Under the pieces are notes generated by a model. It worked only from the letters and a program-made list of their open reading frames with translations, had not been told where the DNA came from and did no database searches. From Patescibacteria group bacterium (GTDB lineage Bacteria > Patescibacteriota > Patescibacteriia > GWA2-46-9): 64,000 bases of DNA. How positions within the stretch are numbered: the stretch's first letter is position 1; every line of letters begins with the position of its first letter. The position numbers were made by a program, and so were the translations under genes. The stretch lies in contig JBAZXG010000001.1 in assembly GCA_041660005.1 (NCBI GenBank), positions 158,565 to 222,564 of the forward strand, given 5' to 3'. Of the stretch, positions 1 to 8,895 are shown in pieces.

Positions 1-12
1 GACCTTGTTGGA

Positions 13-96
13 ACCTATGAAAGACCGGGGCTTCGCACGGCGAAGTACCTTGATACAGCAACCTATCAGATGCCGGAGCTTCGCATGGCGAAGCAC
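13..96. repeat. Two imperfect ~36-bp direct repeats (48-nt period), each with a CTTCGC-nnn-GCGAAG hairpin
   Basis: 13-48 acctatgaaagaccggggcttcgcacggcgaagtac vs 61-96 acctatcagatgccggagcttcgcatggcgaagcac; a degenerate third copy lies at ~8844-8891. Confidence 0.6.
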
Positions 97-204
97 ATTA
101 ATTTAAATTACGACCCATTTGTCCTTCATAGCTTTCTTGTCGCCCAGCTTTAACGGTCGCGCAATGAGGGTCGCCCCCACTTGACTCCCTAACCGGTAGA
201 CGGA

Positions 205-228
205 AAAACGCCCCATGAGGGGCGTTTT
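205..228. terminator. Intrinsic terminator-like hairpin (bidirectional)
   Basis: aaaacgcccc-atga-ggggcgtttt. Confidence 0.6.
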
Positions 229-252
229 CTTCAAATAAGGTATAATTATTTT

Positions 253-1482
253 ATGAAAAATCGCGAACAGTCATCGGCACATCCTGAAACGGAGCGTAGA
301 CTCCCTGTAACTCATATTTCTGAGTCCGACAAAGAATACCAATCAAATTTAGAGAAATTGCAGTCACAAGGCTCGCAAAGGTGGAAAGCATTCGGCGGTG
401 TGATACTTTTTGCAGTTGATATTCAAAGGGGGCTTATAAATACTTTAAGTACTCCCATAGAAGGAAAAACGGAGGAAGAAAAAAGAGATTTGAGTGAAAC
501 AAAAAAAGCGGAAGACCGTGTTGATGCCTTGTTACAAGGCGCGAAAGATACTCTTCTAAGGGTATGCAAGGACAAGAATCGGTTTGATGACTTTTTTGGT
601 TTTTTTCAAGAGATGGCAACTTCTCCAGAAATAGTTATGATGGCTGGTCTCAGTGAGCTAGATACTAAAGAAATACCTTATAGATTGGCGAACATATTTC
701 TTACAGTTGGATTTACAAACAATGTCTTTGAAGCAATGCTTAGAAAACACATTGAGCTATTCGAAGAAAAGGATAGAAACTTCAACGAAAGATTGCCAGA
801 AGTTCTAAGCGAGTTTAGGCAGGAAGTTTTAGCCGCTATCGAATCTGGATACCTACCTATTACTATAGAGGAGGTTGATAGAAGGTTGTCAGAGACCAAG
901 GGGGTGCTTGTCGATAAGCTGGAGACCCACTTAGGAGAAGCCAATGGGGACTATAACGCGAGCTATGGTGAATTTAGAATTGCATCAGATCTTGACGAGA
1001 AAGACGAAAAAGATGCCACGTTTCACGAGCTTGTTCATGCGACAATTTCTGGCCGAACAGTAATCTTACGACAACAAGAGGATGGTGATAAAGTTAAATA
1101 TCAACGTCTTGGACTCGTTTTTTACAATCGCACGAAAGATATACCGGAGAAATTGTTTCGGTGGCTTAATGAAGCAGTAACCGAATCAATTTCGATGCAT
1201 ATACAGGGCAAAACAGATGGGTCGTACGGACTAGAACGCAGTGTTTTGCAAGAACTTTATAGTTATGGTGTATCTCAGGAATTAGTGTATGAAGCTTATA
1301 GTGAAAACTATACAACCGACAACCCAACTGGTTCACGTGTGCCAGCTTGGAAGCGTTTTGCAGGAGCGATTAAAAAATTATATCCCCAAAAAGGCGTCAG
1401 AGCTCTTCAAGAAGCCGAGAGAAATATCAAGCAATATTACGACGAAGAACGAACGAGGTTAGCGAAGTTAACAGCGGAATAA
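253..1482 (+). CDS. Hypothetical protein with gluzincin-like zinc metallopeptidase motif
   Basis: 409-aa ORF; TFHELVH (HExxH) followed by WLNEAVTE (third-ligand Glu motif); tataat just upstream of the ATG. Confidence 0.6.
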   Translation: MKNREQSSAHPETERRLPVTHISESDKEYQSNLEKLQSQGSQRWKAFGGVILFAVDIQRGLINTLSTPIEGKTEEEKRDLSETKKAEDRVDALLQGAKDTLLRVCKDKNRFDDFFGFFQEMATSPEIVMMAGLSELDTKEIPYRLANIFLTVGFTNNVFEAMLRKHIELFEEKDRNFNERLPEVLSEFRQEVLAAIESGYLPITIEEVDRRLSETKGVLVDKLETHLGEANGDYNASYGEFRIASDLDEKDEKDATFHELVHATISGRTVILRQQEDGDKVKYQRLGLVFYNRTKDIPEKLFRWLNEAVTESISMHIQGKTDGSYGLERSVLQELYSYGVSQELVYEAYSENYTTDNPTGSRVPAWKRFAGAIKKLYPQKGVRALQEAERNIKQYYDEERTRLAKLTAE

Positions 1483-1517
1483 AACGCCTCTCTATTCTTA
1501 TTAAAACAACAAACAAA

Positions 1518-1550
1518 AACACAGCGCGACCCTGTTGGTCGCGCTGTGTT
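1518..1550. terminator. Bidirectional terminator between convergent genes
   Basis: aacacagcgcgacc-ctgtt-ggtcgcgctgtgtt, perfect 14-bp stem. Confidence 0.7.
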
Positions 1551-1603
1551 CTGTTAAGGTACGTACTTGTACAACGAGCAGATGAATAGATGCGTGCGGA
1601 GTT

Positions 1604-2290
1604 CTACCGTATGCGTACTTGAATTGCTTCCAAGAGATTGCGCACTTCATCCCAAAGTCCTTTTACCGCAACTTTTGCCCCCACGGTGATGTCAGCAAAA
1701 GATCCAGATGCCTGCTTGTCTTTGTTCTCATAGAAGCTCGTGCCGGCGTCAGTAGTCACGGTCACCTTTGTTGGAATGCCCAGGTGTTCCATGGCCACCG
1801 TAAGCGTATTGCCGCTTATTGCCGTAACCGTACCCCGTGCAATAGCCGGATGCGTGTTCGCGGGTAAGTCATAGACAACCTTTGCGGTAATGGTGCTTGC
1901 TGATTGTGCGCCCTTAACCCAAACATTGTCATTAACGGCAAGGTCGGCCAACACAATGACACTTCCGAATGCACGACGTAACTCGGCATTTGTCGTCAGA
2001 ACGGTCATTGTTTCTCCGTCTTTAGTTTTCATGGAGAAACCAGTGCTGCTTACTGCCGTAATCGTCCCAGTTACGACAGCCATGCGCTTCTGTTCTGACG
2101 GATTCTCGGTGTCACCGCGATCATGACTCCAGACCTTGGTGAAAAAACCAAGACCGACCCCTCTCTCCTCTCCTCTTATGTCCGAACTGGTGTTGCCGCG
2201 AAAATCGACGTTCGAGGCAAGCGTCACGCCTGGCGCGAGGACGGCAACCGACAAAACCAAACTTGTAACAATTCGATTAAACTTACTCAT
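1604..2290 (-). CDS. Secreted DUF5666-like (tandem OB-fold) protein
   Basis: Signal peptide (..PGVTLA); two repeats of GT(I/V)TA(V/I)S...L(A)VND.V.VKG / ITVGAKVAVKG. Confidence 0.7.
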   Translation of the reverse strand: MSKFNRIVTSLVLSVAVLAPGVTLASNVDFRGNTSSDIRGEERGVGLGFFTKVWSHDRGDTENPSEQKRMAVVTGTITAVSSTGFSMKTKDGETMTVLTTNAELRRAFGSVIVLADLAVNDNVWVKGAQSASTITAKVVYDLPANTHPAIARGTVTAISGNTLTVAMEHLGIPTKVTVTTDAGTSFYENKDKQASGSFADITVGAKVAVKGLWDEVRNLLEAIQVRIR

Positions 2291-2335
2291 ACCGTTAATA
2301 ATTGATTAATGACTAAAATTGTCATACGTAATAGC

Positions 2336-2361
2336 AGACGGATGACTTAGTCTATTCTTTC
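2336..2361 (-). promoter_or_regulatory. Putative ECF-sigma promoter for the DUF5666 gene
   Basis: Minus strand GAAAGAA-N14-CGTCT; same motif and spacing as the site at 2474-2499. Confidence 0.55.
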
Positions 2362-2473
2362 GTGTTGTCTCATCCAACACCACTCATGAGGTTGAATACC
2401 AAACAAATGACGACTAGAATAACCCAGAAGAGCTTGTCTTATTGATCTACTACATACACCCCCTTCTCTTTTT

Positions 2474-2499
2474 GTAAGAATATGGAAGAAACCCCGTCT
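2474..2499 (+). promoter_or_regulatory. Putative ECF-sigma autoregulatory promoter
   Basis: GTAAGAA-N14-CGTCT, ending 9 nt before the ATG at 2509; CGTC is a typical ECF -10. Confidence 0.55.
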
Positions 2500-2508
2500 T
2501 ATACTTCG

Positions 2509-3063
2509 ATGGCCAAAGATGACCACGAACGTGGAAAAGAAACTCTCGAACGTAGGTTTACCGATGCCTATGAGTTATACAATGACGCTATATTTCGTTT
2601 TTGTTACTTTCGAGTCTTCAACAGGGAACGTGCCAAAGAACTCACACAAGAGGCCTTCTTGAAAACCTGGCACTACCAAACCGAACAAGGTAAGACAATT
2701 GATAACTTGCGCGCTTTCCTCTACCGCACCGCCCGAAACCTAATCATCGATGATTCACGAAAACATACGACCGTGTCGCTCGACGAACTCAGAGAGCAGG
2801 GGTTTGATCCAACAGGAGACGGTGGAAATTCCATAGAACAAGGGGCAGAGATTAGTCTCATAGTTCAACACCTTGCTACTGTTCCAGAACCGTATCGCAT
2901 GGCTGTACACCTTCGCTACATTGACAGACTTAGCCCACAAGAAATTGCTGAAATAACAGACACACCAGTTAACACCGTATCGGTCCACATTCATAGAGGT
3001 ATTGAAAAACTGCGAACCGTTACTTCCGAAGAGCATTTGCCAAACGATAACAACCAACTATGA
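2509..3063 (+). CDS. ECF RNA polymerase sigma-70 factor
   Basis: Region 2 (AKELTQEAFLKTW, FLYRTARNLIID) and region 4 (LSPQEIAEITDTPVNTVSVHIHRG). Start moved from 2482 because that ATG lies inside the promoter motif. Confidence 0.92.
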   Translation: MAKDDHERGKETLERRFTDAYELYNDAIFRFCYFRVFNRERAKELTQEAFLKTWHYQTEQGKTIDNLRAFLYRTARNLIIDDSRKHTTVSLDELREQGFDPTGDGGNSIEQGAEISLIVQHLATVPEPYRMAVHLRYIDRLSPQEIAEITDTPVNTVSVHIHRGIEKLRTVTSEEHLPNDNNQL

Positions 3064-4397
3064 AAAACGAACCACAGCATGAAATACCGATTGAAGCCGC
3101 TCGCCTACACCAGGTGAGTACTGAGGTTCGTTTAACAACTGACGAGCGGGACACGATGCGCAAAAATATTCTTTCTTATATGAACCAGCATCCCGCGATT
3201 CCATCAACAACGGTTTTCACGCGATTCAAGGAACTACTCAATAGCTTACAGCCAAGAGTTATCCTACTGAGACCCGTGGGCGCAGTTTTCCTGATTTTGG
3301 TACTGATTAGTGCCAGCACAGCAACTGCTGCCGAACAATCCTTACCGGGCGACATACTCTACCCTGTAAAGATTAACGTAACCGAACCCGCACGAGGGCT
3401 GCTTGCTCTTTCAACGGAGGCGCAAGCTGAGTGGCAGTCTCTGCTACTTGAACGACGTATGAACGAAGCCACTGAACTGAGCGAACAAGGTCGGCTTGAT
3501 AAAAATAATTCTGTTATTGTTTCTCGTCAGATTACAGAGCAGGTGACAAAAACCGAAGATGCTTCAAAAAAACTTCAAAGAGAGGACCAGCAAACAACAG
3601 CAGTTACCATTCAATCTTCAGCAGCTGCGTCGCTGGCGGCTCAAGCACAAGTATTTGCTCGGATTAACAGCGACAATACTCCAGACGAAAACCAAGATGA
3701 CACCTCCAGGGACGCACTTATTTTAACCATGCGCAAACAAGCAGAACACGTAGCAGCGGCTGCAGCAAAGACGGCAGCAAAGATCGAAAAACGTACGGAC
3801 TCCGACGCACTCAAACGCACCGCGACCCGCCAACAAAAGTCGTCTGAAGACGCCATTGATGCTGCCAAATCTTTGTTAACAAAACGACAAGACGAGCTTG
3901 ATGCGCAAGCAGTACTTGACGCACAGACAACACTTGATGCCGCCATCAACGCGGGACTTGAAGGAAAGCAATTGTTCGCAACAAACGAGTACGGAAAAGC
4001 ATACGTTAAGTTTCAAATGGCTGAAAGTTTCTCAAAACAGGCATCTGTACTTATGCGCACGAGTAAACGTCTGCGTTCAAAACTAAAAAATACGGAAAAG
4101 CATCCCGATGTTACCAACAAAGAGATTCTTGAAAATGATAAGAATAACGACCCTACTTCAGAAAGCTCAAAGAACAAAACGGGAAGCGAGGGCGGATCAG
4201 TAGAACTACAAATTAGCACAGGGGCAAATGTTGTTTCTTTGCCAACAATAGAAAACAATTCTCGCGCAAACACAGAAAGCAAACCGTCTACAGATACTGA
4301 ATCGCAAGAACCAAGCAAACAAGATAACCAATCAGAAACAAATCTGTCCCCATCCTCCGATAACGGCGTGCTGCGCAGTATTTTTGACTTACGTTAA
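3060..4397 (+). CDS. DUF5667-domain membrane protein, probable anti-sigma factor
   Basis: ATGA overlap with the sigma gene; one TM followed by AEQSLPGDILYPVKINVTE; helical extracytoplasmic body and low-complexity tail. Confidence 0.75.
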   Translation: MKNEPQHEIPIEAARLHQVSTEVRLTTDERDTMRKNILSYMNQHPAIPSTTVFTRFKELLNSLQPRVILLRPVGAVFLILVLISASTATAAEQSLPGDILYPVKINVTEPARGLLALSTEAQAEWQSLLLERRMNEATELSEQGRLDKNNSVIVSRQITEQVTKTEDASKKLQREDQQTTAVTIQSSAAASLAAQAQVFARINSDNTPDENQDDTSRDALILTMRKQAEHVAAAAAKTAAKIEKRTDSDALKRTATRQQKSSEDAIDAAKSLLTKRQDELDAQAVLDAQTTLDAAINAGLEGKQLFATNEYGKAYVKFQMAESFSKQASVLMRTSKRLRSKLKNTEKHPDVTNKEILENDKNNDPTSESSKNKTGSEGGSVELQISTGANVVSLPTIENNSRANTESKPSTDTESQEPSKQDNQSETNLSPSSDNGVLRSIFDLR

Positions 4398-4474
4398 CAT
4401 AGCGCAGAAGGAAATCACTCGCTCCCAAAAAATTCACGAAGCACGTTGTCGCTTGCTAAAACCGGTCTTCCCTA

Positions 4475-4783
4475 TCAACGTTCCTCCTGGTACCGGCGCT
4501 GAACAATGAGGCAAAGACTATGAAGCGAATAGAGATATCCTTTACGCTGTGATCTGGCTGAACCAACAACATGCCCGAGATGCGCGTTACATTTTTTACA
4601 AACGACCTCGTTGCTTGAATAATCTAAATTCATTCTTTTTACTTTTAAGTAAGGATGATTTATTCTGGCGAGAACACGGATGCTCGAACCGCGTAACGCA
4701 CCAATAATCGACCGCGAAGAGAATAACTCTGAACGACAGCTATGACAACGACAGACAAAATTTGTTTGTGTATTTTCTACCAT
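4475..4783 (-). CDS. MsrB/SelR-fold zinc protein lacking catalytic residues
   Basis: CHSCRSELFSS and EVVCKKCNAHLGHV match MsrB; no GWPSF; YSLHSLCL replaces RYCINSASL. Confidence 0.6.
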   Translation of the reverse strand: MVENTQTNFVCRCHSCRSELFSSRSIIGALRGSSIRVLARINHPYLKVKRMNLDYSSNEVVCKKCNAHLGHVVGSARSQRKGYLYSLHSLCLIVQRRYQEER

Positions 4784-4853
4784 GTAATTTTCTCAATAGA
4801 ATGATGGTCCGACGAGCACATTTATCAACCACGAGTAATAGAGAGTGCTGCGC

Positions 4854-5405
4854 TTACGGGTACACGTAAAGCTTGCCGGCTCCCTTGCCGTCACACGTAA
4901 CAAGGTAACCAACGGGTTTTTCTGCGGCAGGGGCCGTAACAACGACGAAACCAGCACCGGAAACTGTGTATGCGTGCGTGCCGATGGCCAACACATGGGG
5001 AACAGAATCATGATTTTCTAAAACAACACTAGCCCCTTGCTTTACATTAAGTGACCCATAACTGGGCAGACCAGTAATGGCACTACAACTGGTGATCTGA
5101 AAACGGTAATCATAGATTTGCTTTGCTTCGCCATAATCTAACTTTGCGCTCACAGCAAGATCATCTGTGCCATATGAAGCCACGCCCGCGCGAGCATTTT
5201 TTATTGCAGTCGGTTGTTGAAGGGCCGTAATTTGTTCACCGCCTAAAAACTCAGTGTCCTGTACTGTCGCGGTGTTTTCACCTGTTACCGCAATCGGTTT
5301 GCTCATCGTGCGCAACCAATAAACACCAGCGCCCAACATTACTGCAACTACTAAAACGACAAGTATGCGGAGATAAATCACTTTTTTCATAGAAATAGCA
5401 GTCAT
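4854..5405 (-). CDS. Membrane-anchored hypothetical protein with cupredoxin-like C-terminal beta-sandwich
   Basis: N-terminal TM; LNVKQGASVVLENHDSVPHVL resembles the cupredoxin pattern V..G..V...N.D..PH. Confidence 0.5.
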   Translation of the reverse strand: MTAISMKKVIYLRILVVLVVAVMLGAGVYWLRTMSKPIAVTGENTATVQDTEFLGGEQITALQQPTAIKNARAGVASYGTDDLAVSAKLDYGEAKQIYDYRFQITSCSAITGLPSYGSLNVKQGASVVLENHDSVPHVLAIGTHAYTVSGAGFVVVTAPAAEKPVGYLVTCDGKGAGKLYVYP

Positions 5406-5712
5406 TAAATTTGCTTATATTTAGTTGACGAAACACTTTTAAAAAAATTACACCGAGAGGCGCAGTATTCGATATATGTCAAAAACTTTGAAAACCCTGG
5501 CCACGTATGAATGTTCCGACTGTACTGCGGTCAATGAAAGGCCGAAGCTTCGTATGGAAAATGTCTATGACCACCAGTACTCCCTCCGAAACAGATTTAT
5601 CCACGATTACCATGCAGAGCAGCGGTTGCAATTTATAGTCAACTCTGTATAGTGTCAAAACTTATCGCCTTGCAAGTCAGAAACGCGAAACGCGAAAGTG
5701 GGAGAGGAAAAA

Positions 5713-6180
5713 ATGAGGAAGAGTGAAGCATCGAGAGGGTCTGTGGTGGTGGCTGTACTTGTGGTGGTTGCGGTAGCCGTTATCGCGGTTTTTTTCAGGC
5801 ATTGGACCGAGGTCATCATTCTAGAGCCGAGTCTTCTAGACGGAATGAGCTGTCAACGGGCAGTGGTGGCACTCGGCGACGACTTCGAGGACCGGCGGCC
5901 GGATTGTCCGGAGATGAGCGAACTCGATCGTTGGGCCGCTTTGGTCATAACGTGCCGAGCGAACGAAGCAAAAGCAACGCAACTACCGGACATCTGCCAA
6001 CGAAACCGCAACGGGCGCACTGAGTACGTCCGCCTCTACTACGGAGAGGCACTCAGTGGCGACTGGGACGACTGTAAACTCAGGCGAAACTGGCAATGTA
6101 GGGATCTCAGCAACAAGGAGTGCCTCAAGGCCGGTTTTGATGTCATGGAGGCACCACCAGAATGGTGCCCCACGCTCTAG
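5713..6180 (+). CDS. Cys-rich membrane-anchored hypothetical protein (GC-rich orphan)
   Basis: SD GGAGAGG before ATG 5713; N-terminal TM; 8 Cys; long 3' hairpin at 6195-6240. Confidence 0.6.
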   Translation: MRKSEASRGSVVVAVLVVVAVAVIAVFFRHWTEVIILEPSLLDGMSCQRAVVALGDDFEDRRPDCPEMSELDRWAALVITCRANEAKATQLPDICQRNRNGRTEYVRLYYGEALSGDWDDCKLRRNWQCRDLSNKECLKAGFDVMEAPPEWCPTL

Positions 6181-6313
6181 GAGGGCAAGTACAACGAGGG
6201 CGGTCGCACTACCAACAGGTATGTGTGACCGCCCTCGCTTCGTTATTTACATAAACAATTTGAAACGACAGGCATGAATGGGCGTTTTTCTTTCGATGGA
6301 CTATAATTTAAAT

Positions 6314-6574
6314 ATGCCCCATGACCTAGAAGTAGCTCCAGGAATTTACCAACACTACAAAGGTGACAAGTACCGGGTTCTTTTTGTCGCCACCAATGCA
6401 ACAAATGAACAAGAAAGAAATAAGGTCGTTGTTTATATTTCACTAAAAGACGGGTCGGTTTACTACCGCGACCTCGGTGAATTTACGGAAATTGTTGAGT
6501 GGCCCGACGGTGGGAGAAAATCTCGGTTCATAGGTGCCTACACTTCTTTTAAAAAACGAGTTCGGAAACAGTAA
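6314..6574 (+). CDS. DUF1653-family small protein
   Basis: PGIYQHYKGDKYRVLFVA...VVVY...YYRDLGEF...RF. Confidence 0.8.
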   Translation: MPHDLEVAPGIYQHYKGDKYRVLFVATNATNEQERNKVVVYISLKDGSVYYRDLGEFTEIVEWPDGGRKSRFIGAYTSFKKRVRKQ

Positions 6575-6740
6575 TTTTTTTGTTTAAAACCTTTCGCGAA
6601 GGGTCTCTGCCCCTCTTTTAACTCCTCGAACTGACACCCTCAGAGAGGGTGCTTTGTCTTGACTTGTTTTACGGTTTATGAAAATGTACACGCCGGACCT
6701 TCTACTCGCAGGGAGGTACTATTTTGCAAGGAGTGTACAC

Positions 6741-7196
6741 ATGACGACCACATCGAGTGCGCAGCAGGCTTCAGCACCACGAGCGAGACGGCGGTCACTG
6801 ACCGACCACGAAAAGGAGGTCCTTCTCCTGGTCTGCGAAGGACTCACCAACGCGAGAATCGCCTCCAATCTGGGGGTGGGGCGAGAGGCGGTCAGGTCCG
6901 CGCTCAAGCGGATCTTCCGCAAGCTCGGTGCCGGCAACAGGACGAGGGCGGCCGCGCTCTTCGCTCAGCAGGAAGGGGAGCAACGGGACCCTGAACGTCA
7001 GAAGCCGAGACTGACCGCGCGAGAGCTGCAGGTTCTTCGCCTCGTGCGCGACGGACGGACGAACAGCGAGATCGCGACCCTCCTCATGGTTTCCAAGGAA
7101 ACCGTGAAGTCCGAACTCAAGCGCATCTTCCGCAAGGTCGGCGGCAGTAACAGAACGCAGGTGGCGGTACTTCTCACCAGAAACGGCTGGATCTAG
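6741..7196 (+). CDS. Transcriptional regulator made of two tandem LuxR-type HTH domains
   Basis: LTDHEKEVL..GLTNARIA..LKRIFRKLG and LTARELQVL..GRTNSEIA..LKRIFRKVG; SD AAGGAG before ATG 6741. Confidence 0.85.
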   Translation: MTTTSSAQQASAPRARRRSLTDHEKEVLLLVCEGLTNARIASNLGVGREAVRSALKRIFRKLGAGNRTRAAALFAQQEGEQRDPERQKPRLTARELQVLRLVRDGRTNSEIATLLMVSKETVKSELKRIFRKVGGSNRTQVAVLLTRNGWI

Positions 7197-7245
7197 TCCA
7201 GCCCGCCTACGGACCCTAAAAGGGGTCCAACCGATGGCGAGAACA

Positions 7246-7290
7246 GACGGCGACCGACCCAACCAGTCGGCCGCCGTTTCTCCTTTTTTT
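7246..7290 (+). terminator. Intrinsic terminator after the LuxR gene
   Basis: GC-rich stem gacggcgaccgac/gtcggccgccgtt followed by a T7 run. Confidence 0.6.
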
Positions 7291-7362
7291 AAAAACCTCT
7301 GTAAAGGAGTTCAACTGTTTCTAATACTTCGCCGAAGTGGGCAGGTATGTCATAATTAAAAT

Positions 7363-7752
7363 ATGCCTGAACACAAAAACCCATCTGACCAAACGAAGAA
7401 GGATGCCCTTCAACGTTTTGTTGAAACACTGAAACCTCACCGTGATGTATACAATGCAATCGCCGGTATTAAGCTTGCTATACTCATGCTAGACGGAGTG
7501 GACCCGGTAGACGACGATAAACTACAACATGCACTTGACCCTGTTAAGACATGGCAAGAATATTTTGCGGCGCATGGACCAGCACAAGGCTTTGCTCTGG
7601 GAAACAGGGAAGACGACGACCCAACGATGGTTACTGCATTTAACGACTTAGTACATCAATTCAACGCCGAGCGCGAGAGGATAATTCAGGAAAGAGATTC
7701 TACATCCTTAATTGCGTACGACGAAAAGTTCCGCAAGATTATCTATGAATAG
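7363..7752 (+). CDS. Hypothetical protein
   Basis: 129-aa ORF with ATG start, filling the gap between genes; no recognised motif. Confidence 0.6.
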   Translation: MPEHKNPSDQTKKDALQRFVETLKPHRDVYNAIAGIKLAILMLDGVDPVDDDKLQHALDPVKTWQEYFAAHGPAQGFALGNREDDDPTMVTAFNDLVHQFNAERERIIQERDSTSLIAYDEKFRKIIYE

Positions 7753-7834
7753 AATAAGTTATAGCTATAGTAATGGTCATGCTGTTTCATAAAGACTCTG
7801 CAAAAACTTTAATAGTAAAGACTTATTTATCACT

Positions 7835-8629
7835 ATGAAACTACAACCACTGAAAAAACTTATTAATCTTACAGGCAAGACCGCGATAGTTACTGGCGGC
7901 GCCATGGGAATTGGTCTCGGCATTGCACGACGTCTTGCTGAAGCGGGAGCGAATGTGGTCATTGCTGACTACAACGAAAAGGCCGGCAAAGCAAGCACCA
8001 AAGAGCTACAAACAAACGGATGGATTGCTGCTTTTATAAAAACCGACGTTAGTCACGAACGAGATGTTCAAGCGGCAGTTAACTTTACTGTTGCCACTTA
8101 TGGACATATCGACATCCTTGTGAACAATGCCGGCATCTACCCGACGATCCCTGTATTAGAAATGAAGCTCGATGATTTTAAGAAAGTAATCGAGGTAAAC
8201 TTGCAAAGCGTTTTTCTGTTCACTAAGGCCGCAGCAAAAATTATGATTAAACAAAGCAACGGTGGAAAAATCATTAATATTACTTCGGTCGACGCACTTC
8301 ACCCATCATCTGTCGGTCTCGCGACCTATGACGCATCAAAACATGGACTCTGGGGTTTTACTAAAAATTCCGCACTTGAGTTTGCGCCGTATAACATCCA
8401 GGTAAACGCTATTGCCCCAGGAGGCATCACCACACCAGGAACAGGAGCCGGCTTGCCGGTAAATCCCAGCATGACAGCGCTCCTTAAAAAATTTAAAGAA
8501 AAAATTCCCATGAAGCGCATGGGTGAACCCGATGATATTGGGAAAGTCGCCTTGTTTTTGGCTACTGATCTTTCGAGCTACATGACCGGGTCGCAGGTGG
8601 TGGTAGACGGCGGTGTTTTGCTCACGTGA
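7835..8629 (+). CDS. Short-chain dehydrogenase/reductase (FabG/KduD-like)
   Basis: TGGAMGIG, LVNNAGI, catalytic YDASK, VNAIAPG, VDGG. Confidence 0.92.
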   Translation: MKLQPLKKLINLTGKTAIVTGGAMGIGLGIARRLAEAGANVVIADYNEKAGKASTKELQTNGWIAAFIKTDVSHERDVQAAVNFTVATYGHIDILVNNAGIYPTIPVLEMKLDDFKKVIEVNLQSVFLFTKAAAKIMIKQSNGGKIINITSVDALHPSSVGLATYDASKHGLWGFTKNSALEFAPYNIQVNAIAPGGITTPGTGAGLPVNPSMTALLKKFKEKIPMKRMGEPDDIGKVALFLATDLSSYMTGSQVVVDGGVLLT

Positions 8630-8692
8630 ATTGAAATTGCTATCAACACGAAGTTTGTGTTACCATGAAATTTCTAGTTATCTCATACCCCT

Positions 8693-8833
8693 GTGGAAAG
8701 TAACAAAGTTACTATCGACGACCTTGCTGTAATGATCAATAAAGGTTTTGAAAAGGTTGAAAAGGACATCGACGAACTTAAAAAAGGACAGGATCGCATT
8801 GAGCTACGCCTTGATAATGTTGCTTATCGATAA
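8693..8833 (+). CDS. Small coiled-coil protein (46 aa, not in the ORF track; possibly C-terminally truncated)
   Basis: GTG start: MESNKVTIDDLAVMINKGFEKVEKDIDELKKGQDRIELRLDNVAYR*, with a heptad pattern. Confidence 0.5.
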   Translation: MESNKVTIDDLAVMINKGFEKVEKDIDELKKGQDRIELRLDNVAYR

Positions 8834-8895
8834 AGTCGGGTACAACCTTACTGAAACTTATCAAAGACAGAGGTTTTGCAAAGTGAGGTAGGTTA

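Noticed and set aside
150-200. tmRNA or 6S RNA fragment
   Set aside because: No T-arm/CCA end, no Ala-ending tag and no long closing helix
5476-5652. 58-aa ORF with CSDC
   Set aside because: Single CxxC only, no SD, and it overlaps the promoter-like site of the next gene
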